Below, piece by piece: positions 1 through 7,037 of a stretch of 64,000 bases of DNA. The notes under the pieces are model-generated. The model was not told the origin of the DNA. It ran no database searches and saw only the letters and a list, made by a program, of their open reading frames with translations. The DNA lies in NCBI GenBank assembly GCA_963848295.1, contig CAWKDB010000010.1:3936001-4000000 (forward strand), given 5' to 3'. Position numbers and translations under genes: made by a program. This DNA is from an uncultured delta proteobacterium (GTDB taxonomy: Bacteria > Myxococcota_A > Polyangia > Haliangiales > Haliangiaceae). Numbering within the stretch: the first letter of the stretch is position 1; each line of letters begins with the position of its first letter.

Positions 1-195
1 CAGCGCCACCTCACGCTGGTCTATCGCATTATCGGCACGGGCACGCCGTCGCTCAAGGGCAAGCACTCGGACCTGCTCGCGCACGGGATGAAGCAGCGGT
101 TCTTCCCGAAGTTGTGGGACGTCCGCGACGAGGTGTTCGCAGACTGGACCGCGGCCCAGACCGCGAAGGGCAACGATCCTGGCTACCATGGTTAG
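1..195 (+). CDS. 3' end of tryptophan 2,3-dioxygenase-family protein (partial, runs off window start)
   Basis: My frame-1 translation QRHLTLVYRIIGTGTPSLKG...QRFFPKLWDVRDEVF...GYHG* resembles the TDO C-terminus (RH..V.RIIG...FFP.LW.VR). Not in the ORF track. A kynureninase-like gene lies nearby. Confidence 0.65.
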   Translation, partial: QRHLTLVYRIIGTGTPSLKGKHSDLLAHGMKQRFFPKLWDVRDEVFADWTAAQTAKGNDPGYHG

Positions 196-754
196 CGGGC
201 CTTCCAGCTCGAAGCGCGCGATCGCGCTGACCGCCGCGCTCGCGATCGCGGCGCCGGGCTGCGAGTTCGCGGTCAAGCATCCAGCGATCACGACCGGGAT
301 CGCGGCGGGAATCGTCGGCTTCGGCGGTTGCGAGCTCGATGCGCAGCGCGCCGGGCCGTGCGCGCTCGCCGGCGGGATCGTCGGAGTCGGGCTCGGCGGG
401 ATCGCGGCGCTGGTGTTATGGGCGGTCGGCGATCGCAACACCGATCCAGATGCGGCGGCGATTCCGGATCCGAGCACGGGAGAGATCGGAGATGAGCCGG
501 TGCGCGTGAGGGTGAAGACACAACACGACTTGCCGCCTGATCCGACGGTGGTGGCGCCGAATCCGACGCCGAATCCGAATCCGAATCCGAATCCGAATCC
601 GAATCCGAATCCGAATCCGAACCCGAACCCGAACCCGAATCCGACGCTGAACCTGAACCCGAACCCGACACCGACGCCGAACCCGAACCCGAACCCGACA
701 CCGAACCCGAACCCGACGCCGAACCCGACGCCGAACCCGACGCCGAACCCGTAG
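188..754 (+). CDS. Putative lipoprotein/membrane protein with C-terminal Asn-Pro/Thr-Pro repeat tail
   Basis: Hydrophobic N-terminus ending APGC, Gly-rich TM segments, (NP)n tail; start overlaps the upstream gene end. Confidence 0.7.
   Translation: MVSGPSSSKRAIALTAALAIAAPGCEFAVKHPAITTGIAAGIVGFGGCELDAQRAGPCALAGGIVGVGLGGIAALVLWAVGDRNTDPDAAAIPDPSTGEIGDEPVRVRVKTQHDLPPDPTVVAPNPTPNPNPNPNPNPNPNPNPNPNPNPNPTLNLNPNPTPTPNPNPNPTPNPNPTPNPTPNPTPNP
557..751 (+). repeat. Coding hexanucleotide microsatellite (CCGAAT/CCGAAC/CCGACG)n
   Basis: About 30 tandem 6-bp units are directly visible, running up to the stop codon. Confidence 0.95.
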
Positions 755-1429
755 TCACATTCCGTCGATGGCGCGGATGTGAAATCCGAGCGTCACGATG
801 ATCTGATGATCGCGCGAGTCGAGGAGGCTCTGCCCGAAGGTCAACGCGGCCGAGACCCCACCGGCGACGAACAGCTCGCCGCGGAACCGCGCTTCGAGCT
901 CGCCGTGGTTCTGGCCGGCGGATAGCTGACTGCACGCGGCCGACGCGCACGCGTAGAACGCTTCGCTTCGAAACCCCGTCGCGAGCTCGGTCGCGAACGA
1001 CAACCGATCGACCTCGGCGTGAAGCCCCGCGAACGCGTGCAGGGCGCCGGCGTCGCCACCTCCGGACGGTGGTAGACCGCGCAAGCCCGACTCGATCTCA
1101 GCGTCGCCGATCTCGAGCTCGCCGCCGACGTAGAACAGCCGGCTCAGCCCGCCCGCGATGCGGAGCAAGGCACCGCGCGTGTTCGTGCGCAGCGAGCTCG
1201 GCTCTTGGTCGATCTGCTCGGTGTGGCCGAGGGCGAACCGATGGCTCGCGTAGTGATGGTCGAACATCCCGAGCTCGATCCACAGCCGCGGGATGTCGCT
1301 GTCGCGCGACCACTCGCCGAACCCCGAGCAATGCTCGAACCCGACCACGTAGCTCGTCTCGTGACAGCCCTTCGCATCGGCGCGCCCGGCGCTGGCCGAT
1401 ACGATCGCGATCGCGATCGCGACTCTCAT
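755..1429 (-). CDS. Secreted/outer-membrane beta-barrel-like hypothetical protein
   Basis: Start re-assigned to MRVAIAIAIV (ATG 1429, ATGA overlap with upstream stop). Signal peptide and amphipathic beta strands. Confidence 0.65.
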   Translation of the reverse strand: MRVAIAIAIVSASAGRADAKGCHETSYVVGFEHCSGFGEWSRDSDIPRLWIELGMFDHHYASHRFALGHTEQIDQEPSSLRTNTRGALLRIAGGLSRLFYVGGELEIGDAEIESGLRGLPPSGGGDAGALHAFAGLHAEVDRLSFATELATGFRSEAFYACASAACSQLSAGQNHGELEARFRGELFVAGGVSAALTFGQSLLDSRDHQIIVTLGFHIRAIDGM

Positions 1430-2541
1430 GGCGTCGCTCCGATCCACGGCTCGCGCAAGAAGTCGTCGAGGCCGAGCGGCGGTGCGGTCAGCGCCCACTG
1501 CGGATCGTCGGGCGTGTGATCCCGCGCGAACTGACCCGGCGGCATGAACAAGTATTCGGTCGACACCGTGCCGTGGTCCGCGTGATCCCACGTCGCGTCG
1601 ATCAGGGCCCACTCGCCGTCGAAGTTGACCGCGTTCCAGGCGTGGCCGTGTCCGCCCTCGGTGTGCGGCTCGTTGTCGTCGCCGCCGGACGCTTGGCCGC
1701 CGACGTAACGAATGTCGACCCCGGCCGCGTCCCCGAGCGCCACGAGTAACCGCGCGTAGCCCTCACACACGCCGGTGCGGTGCGCGAACACGGTCTCGGC
1801 GTCCTGCGAGAGCGCATCCGGCAGGCCGGCGTCGCGGTTCTTGCGAGTGTCGTCGTCGTAGTGCAGCCGCAACACCACGTAGTCGTGCAGCGCTTTGACC
1901 AAGCGATGCTTGTCGCTGATCCGCGCCGCGAGGTAGCGACCGACGGTCTCGATCCGATCCTGCGCTTCTGCCGGCATCGCGACGACTTCGGGCTCGGGAG
2001 TCGTCGATGCCGGCCATGGGATGGTGGCGGGGCGCGGTCCGGTCGGGATCCCGCGCGACGCCTGCAGCTCGGCGCCGAGCCCGAGGTCCCACGCGCCGAA
2101 GCACAGCCAATGCGCCGTGACGTGCGCGGCGGGCTCGACCGCGCCGACGTCGACGCAGATCGCGGTCGGCGTCGCGCCGTCGTCCGACTCGTATGCGATC
2201 TGCTCGGTCGCGCTGCTCCACAGCTCGACGCGCAGCGGCCGGAGCTCGTGCTGCGGATCGATTGCATGCATCGGATGGATGCCGTCGCTGTAGCGCCCCA
2301 CCGCGTGGATCGCCGACAGATCGATCGGCGCGAGATGCGCACAGCGATTGCCGAACGTGTACGCGAGCACCGTGCCGCGCGCGCCGGCGTCGACGGTCTG
2401 GGCGACCGCGAGATCGATGCAATCGCCAAACGTGACGCGTTGCCCGATGAATGGATCCCGGACCCGGTAGCGGCCGGAGTAGCAGCCGGCGATCACGATC
2501 AGCGCGACGATGGACCGAAGGCGCATGCCTGATCGAGCCAC
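1426..2541 (-). CDS. Transglutaminase-like domain lipoprotein
   Basis: Lipobox IAGC; Cys-His-Asp triad motifs GVCEGYA, GHAWN, IDATWD. Start may be 2526 (MRLRS). Confidence 0.85.
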   Translation of the reverse strand: MARSGMRLRSIVALIVIAGCYSGRYRVRDPFIGQRVTFGDCIDLAVAQTVDAGARGTVLAYTFGNRCAHLAPIDLSAIHAVGRYSDGIHPMHAIDPQHELRPLRVELWSSATEQIAYESDDGATPTAICVDVGAVEPAAHVTAHWLCFGAWDLGLGAELQASRGIPTGPRPATIPWPASTTPEPEVVAMPAEAQDRIETVGRYLAARISDKHRLVKALHDYVVLRLHYDDDTRKNRDAGLPDALSQDAETVFAHRTGVCEGYARLLVALGDAAGVDIRYVGGQASGGDDNEPHTEGGHGHAWNAVNFDGEWALIDATWDHADHGTVSTEYLFMPPGQFARDHTPDDPQWALTAPPLGLDDFLREPWIGATP

Positions 2542-2679
2542 GCCGAGTGGCTACAGTCGCAGCCGTTAACGAAGCCTTAGGATTAAGACGGCGTAGTCCC
2601 GATCCCTGTTGACATTGAGGTGGCGGTCCAACCGACCCCGAGAGAATTCTCGGGGCTCAAAAACCGGAAGGAACCGCCG

Positions 2680-3987
2680 ATGAAGAAGATTGCCAGGAAC
2701 AGACGCCCCGCGGAAGCCACTCGCCCTCAGCTCCGGACCGTTCTCGGAGAAGTCGCTCGCGACGCGGAGCTCGCCCTCGGGCTCAGGAACCTCGTGCGCG
2801 AGAACCTGCGAGAGTTCGTGATCGGCGCTGGGACCGCCGCGCTGGCCGCAATGCTCGAAGAGGAGCGCACTCAGATCGTCGGGCCGCGGTACGCGCATCT
2901 GCCGACGCGTGAAGCTCGACGATCGGGATCGGCTCCGGGTGAGCTGGTGATGGGAGGTCGACGCGTGCAGGTCCGACGACCGCGTGCACGTACGCTCGAC
3001 GGTCAGGAGGTGCAATTGCCCTCGTGGACGGCGTTCGGCGTCGAGGATCCGCTGCGCGAGCGGGCTGTCGAGCAGATGCTCGTCGGCGTCACGACACGTC
3101 GCTACGCTCGATCGCTGGAGCCGCTGCCGGCGGACCTGCCGTCGCGTGGCACGAGCCGTAGTGCGGTGAGCCGTCGCTTCGTCGCTGCCACCGAGCGGCA
3201 GATGGCCGAGTGGCTCGGTCGCGATCTCGGCGCGCTCGATCTCGGCGTGCTCATGATCGACGGCGTGCACATCGACGAGCACGTGCTGCTCGTCGCGCTC
3301 GGCATCGACGCCGACGGCAAGAAGCACGTGCTCGGTGTTCGCGAGGGCGCAACCGAGAACGCTGCCGCGTGCACGGCGCTGCTCGCCGATCTGCGCGATC
3401 GTGGTCTCCGCACCGACCGTCCGACCCTCGTCGTGATCGACGGGTCGAAGGCACTCGCGAAGGCGGTGCGCAACGTATTCGGTGACCGCGCGATCGTCCA
3501 GCGCTGCCAGGCGCACAAGACTCGCAACGTTCTCGACCAGCTTCCCGACGAGATAAAGCCGTCGGTGCGGCAGGCTTTGCGCGACGCGTACGCCGCGAGC
3601 GACGCCGATCGTGCACGTTCGACGCTGACGAACCTCGTGCGTCGTCTCCGGAACGATCATCCTGGTGCGGCGGCGTCCCTCGAAGAAGGGCTCGACGAGA
3701 CGCTCGCCGTGAAGCGCCTCGGCCTCCCGAAACAGCTCGAACGGCAGCTCTCAACGACGAACGCGATCGAGAACCTCATGGGCTCGGTCCGTCAGCTCTC
3801 ACGCCGCGTGAAGCGCTGGCGTGGCGGCAAGATGATCTTGCGGTGGACGGTGACAGCTGTCGCCGATGCCGCAACGCGCTTCCGCAGGATCACAGGTGCG
3901 CGCGATGGCATGACCCAGCTGATGCGCGCGCTCGCGCATCACGAGAACTCCATCGCACCCGTTGCATCGCGAACGAAGGCCGCGTAG
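2680..3987 (+). CDS. IS256/Mutator-family DDE transposase
   Basis: VLMIDG, LVVIDG, QRCQAHK (CxxH) and TTNAIENL motifs. ATG 2680 after AAGGAA preferred over GTG 2620. Confidence 0.95.
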   Translation: MKKIARNRRPAEATRPQLRTVLGEVARDAELALGLRNLVRENLREFVIGAGTAALAAMLEEERTQIVGPRYAHLPTREARRSGSAPGELVMGGRRVQVRRPRARTLDGQEVQLPSWTAFGVEDPLRERAVEQMLVGVTTRRYARSLEPLPADLPSRGTSRSAVSRRFVAATERQMAEWLGRDLGALDLGVLMIDGVHIDEHVLLVALGIDADGKKHVLGVREGATENAAACTALLADLRDRGLRTDRPTLVVIDGSKALAKAVRNVFGDRAIVQRCQAHKTRNVLDQLPDEIKPSVRQALRDAYAASDADRARSTLTNLVRRLRNDHPGAAASLEEGLDETLAVKRLGLPKQLERQLSTTNAIENLMGSVRQLSRRVKRWRGGKMILRWTVTAVADAATRFRRITGARDGMTQLMRALAHHENSIAPVASRTKAA

Positions 3988-4031
3988 CGATGCGATGACG
4001 ACCGCGTCGGAGCCGTGCTACTTCACATGGC

Positions 4032-5732
4032 GTGAGTATCTTCGACCGGTTTCGTAAGACAAAGCAGACCGCTGCGCCACTGCCGGTCACGACCGCGCCC
4101 GAAGTGCCGGTTCGCGCGACGATCGCGACATTCTTGGTCGCCGATGCGGTCGGGACGCTCGCGCTTGAGAGCGGCGAGGGACTTCGGTTCGGTCGATCGG
4201 CGTGTAAAGGCTTCGAACCCGTCGTCGGTGCGTCGGTGATCGTCGAGGAGATCGCTTCCGACCCGCGCGGCTGGAAGGCTCGGGTCGTGAAGCTCGCTCC
4301 AGCCGACGCGAACTACGATGCGTTGCTGTCAGCGCGCGACGCGCAGCAAGGGCTTCCTAGCCGCACCCAGCCGCCCGCGCAGGCTGCTGCGACGGCGCGC
4401 CAACTTGGGATCATCACCGTGTTGCTGGGCGAGCCGTTGCCGACGGGCCACCAGGCTGTGCGTACATGGGCTGCGGCGCGCGGGTTCCCGCGCGATGGCT
4501 TCGACGTGAAAGTCGAGCGCGACCTGGAGTTCGCGATGCCGGGAGGCAACGTGTTGACATACGCGGGGCGCGCGACGTTCCCGAAAGATGGGCTCGATGC
4601 GCGCAACGTGGCCGAGGATTTCGACCTCGGTCGCTCGTTTATCGGCCTCGGCATGGGCCTGCCCGGCGGCGAGCGTCAGGCTCGAGCGATCCTCGCCAAC
4701 ACGCGCGACTGCTGGGCGCCCGACGGCTCGATGCGCCAGCTCAGCCGACTCGTTTGCATGCTCGCGGACTCGGCGACGGGCGTCGTGCTGCATCGTGCAG
4801 GTGATCTCGTCGTACCGATCGACGAGTTCGTGCGCGCACTCGGCGAACTCGACGATCCTGAGTGTCGGCCGTTCGCGGCCTGGCTCGATGTCGCGATCAC
4901 GCGACGCGACGGCGAGGCGAGGTACGCGACGTTCGGCATGGACGTATTCGGCCTGCCCGACGTGCTTGCGGCGGTGAATGCCGATGATCGCTGGAGTCGG
5001 TCGCGCCGCCACGAGGCCGTGCTCTACGCGTGCTATCGGATGATCCGCGACAATCGCGAATTTCAAGCGGGCGATACGATCTCTGTGCCGGTGCGACTCT
5101 CCATCGGAGCGTGGCCACTTGAGATCGACGACCGTGGTGCGGCGACGACCTACGCAGTCACTGATCTCGACGGCAACCTCGAGCTCGTTGCAAGAGGCGA
5201 ACTCTCCGTCGACGGCGACATCGCGGTGAACCTCTACCAGGCGCTATTCGATCGCGGCCTCGCCGAGCTCGTACCGAGTCACATCGTTCGTGACGTCCCT
5301 GCAAACAGCCGGCAACCGCTGGAGCACAACGTCGAGGTGCGCGCACGCGAAGACGGTCGCGGGTTCCTTGTCGTCACGAACGGGTTTGGCCGCAAGGCGC
5401 GGTTTGAAGTCGCTGCGTGGGTCCCCCTCGAGACGCTTGAGCTCGTGAAGCTCGTCGGCGTGCTGGCCTCGTTCGCGCTCGAAGCGCCAACCGGTTGGAA
5501 GGTCGGCGATACGGTCGCTGCACCGATCGAGGAACTGAGGATCGGTGGCTTCGTGATCGCCGACGGCGGCACAGTCGCAATGGGCACCGCGCAAAGCGTT
5601 CGCATCTTGCTGCTTGTTCCACTCGCCGAGACCGACTACGCGCGCGTGCGCGGCGGTGGTGCCGAGGCGTGGCTCGCACGCAATCCGCCGACTGAGGCCG
5701 CGTGGGATACGTTCATCGCAGCGCCCGACTGA
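4032..5732 (+). CDS. IS passenger protein, 566 aa (OB/cold-shock-like + DUF4261-like + SUFU-like)
   Basis: Long ORF inside the IS ends. Domain guesses by eye: GTLALESGEGLRFG..GFEPVVGASV; YATFGMDVFGLPDV; VVTNG..KVGDTV..ILLLVPLAETDY. Confidence 0.75.
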   Translation: MSIFDRFRKTKQTAAPLPVTTAPEVPVRATIATFLVADAVGTLALESGEGLRFGRSACKGFEPVVGASVIVEEIASDPRGWKARVVKLAPADANYDALLSARDAQQGLPSRTQPPAQAAATARQLGIITVLLGEPLPTGHQAVRTWAAARGFPRDGFDVKVERDLEFAMPGGNVLTYAGRATFPKDGLDARNVAEDFDLGRSFIGLGMGLPGGERQARAILANTRDCWAPDGSMRQLSRLVCMLADSATGVVLHRAGDLVVPIDEFVRALGELDDPECRPFAAWLDVAITRRDGEARYATFGMDVFGLPDVLAAVNADDRWSRSRRHEAVLYACYRMIRDNREFQAGDTISVPVRLSIGAWPLEIDDRGAATTYAVTDLDGNLELVARGELSVDGDIAVNLYQALFDRGLAELVPSHIVRDVPANSRQPLEHNVEVRAREDGRGFLVVTNGFGRKARFEVAAWVPLETLELVKLVGVLASFALEAPTGWKVGDTVAAPIEELRIGGFVIADGGTVAMGTAQSVRILLLVPLAETDYARVRGGGAEAWLARNPPTEAAWDTFIAAPD

Positions 5733-5870
5733 CCGCGCTCATTCACGAAACACGAACGCACCCGTTGCAACGTGAACGAAGGCCCCGTAGTGATCACCAC
5801 CGCAACCGTCACCAAGATTCAACAACAGACGGGACATCGCCGATTAAGACCTCGTGCTAAGTCAGTGGAG

Positions 5871-7037
5871 ATGTCGGACCCGGTCGCAGAGAGCTTGCTC
5901 GACTACCGCAAACAGTTCCCGGCGCTCGAGCAGTGCGTGCACCTGATCTCTCACTCGCTCGGCTGCGTCCCGGCGCAAGCGGCGGAGGATCTCGGCACGT
6001 TCTTCGAGCTGTGGCGCACGAAGTCGATCACCGCGTGGGGCGACTGGTTGCCCGAGGTCGATCGCGCTGCCGAGCGGATCCAGAAGATCATCTCGGCGCC
6101 GGCCGGCACCGTGATCATGAATCACAACGTGTCGGCGATCATGGCGCTGCTCGCGTCGTGCCTCGAGTACACACCCGAGCGCAACAAGGTCGTCTACGAG
6201 GCACTTCAGTTCCCGACCGTGTCGTACGTGTGGCAGGCGGAGCAACGGCGCGGTGCGAAGTGCGTGCTCGTCGAATCGAAGGACGGCATCACGATCGACG
6301 CCGACGCGATGTGTGCCGCGATCGACGAGCACACGTTGGTCGTGCCGATGTCGCACGTCGTATTCTCGTCGAGCTACATCCAGGAGGCGAAGAAGATCAT
6401 CGAGCGCGCGAAGCAAGTCGGCGCGCACGTGATCCTCGATTGCTATCAATCGATCGGCGTGCTCCCGCTCGATGTGGTCGACCTCGGCGTGTCGTTCGCG
6501 TGCGGAGGCTCGGTCAAGTACCTGTGCGGCGGCCCGGGCGCGGCGTGGCTCTACGTCCGCAAGGATCTGATCGAGTCGTTCGCGCCGCGCGTCACCGGGT
6601 GGTTCGGCAACGAAGCCCCGTTCGCGTTCACGATGCCCGGGCAGAGCTACGCCGACAACATCTGGCGCTACATGGCGGGCACGCCCGCGATCGCGGCGCT
6701 CTATCAGAGCCGCGCCGGCCAGCAGATCATCGGCGAGATCGGCGCGCGCAAGATCCGCGACAAGAGCCTCGTGATGACCCAAGCCTGCATCGATTGGATC
6801 GACGAGCTCGGGATGACCTTGCGTTCGCCGCGGCCAGAAGCCCAGCGCGGCGGCTCGGTCGTGTTTGACTTCGTCGGATCTGCGGACGTGTGCCGCGAGC
6901 TCAATCGGCGCAAGTACTTCTGCGACCATCGGCCTGGCGCGGGCATCCGGATCGCGCCGCACTTCTACACCAAGCGCGAAGAGCTCGAGCTGTTCTTCGG
7001 CGAGCTCAAGAAGATCCGCGGCGGAACTGGCCGCTAG
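5871..7037 (+). CDS. Kynureninase-like class V PLP-dependent enzyme
   Basis: SHSLG, FPTV, LDCYQSIG, GGSVKYLCGGPG (PLP Lys), GTP motifs. True start MSDPV at 5871; the ORF-track extension lies inside the IS. Confidence 0.85.
   Translation: MSDPVAESLLDYRKQFPALEQCVHLISHSLGCVPAQAAEDLGTFFELWRTKSITAWGDWLPEVDRAAERIQKIISAPAGTVIMNHNVSAIMALLASCLEYTPERNKVVYEALQFPTVSYVWQAEQRRGAKCVLVESKDGITIDADAMCAAIDEHTLVVPMSHVVFSSSYIQEAKKIIERAKQVGAHVILDCYQSIGVLPLDVVDLGVSFACGGSVKYLCGGPGAAWLYVRKDLIESFAPRVTGWFGNEAPFAFTMPGQSYADNIWRYMAGTPAIAALYQSRAGQQIIGEIGARKIRDKSLVMTQACIDWIDELGMTLRSPRPEAQRGGSVVFDFVGSADVCRELNRRKYFCDHRPGAGIRIAPHFYTKREELELFFGELKKIRGGTGR

Larger units (their letters stand above)
2590..5841 (+). mobile_element. 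IS256-family element with passenger gene, copy 1 (3,252 bp)
   Basis: Imperfect terminal IRs GGCGTAGTCCCGATCCCTGTTGA / revcomp GGCGATGTCCCGTCTGTTGTTGA; 9-bp TSD GATTAAGAC at 2581-2589 and 5842-5850; second copy at offset +47128. Confidence 0.95.

Noticed and set aside
288..950. Ser-Asp repeat (Sdr-like) protein on the minus strand
   Set aside because: Antisense shadow of the NP microsatellite; the rest is Arg-rich with no signal or anchor.
2566..3660. Long antisense ORF in the transposase, and similar shadow ORFs (e.g. 5862-7127, 24161-25912, 56450-58309)
   Set aside because: Expected in high-GC DNA opposite genes with clear motifs; no recognisable domains.
5772..5870. N-terminal extension MNEGPVV... 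of ORFs 5772-7037 and 52900-53775
   Set aside because: It derives from the IS right end reading into flanking DNA. The enzyme plausibly starts at 5871, and 52900-53775 is out of frame with the real interrupted gene.
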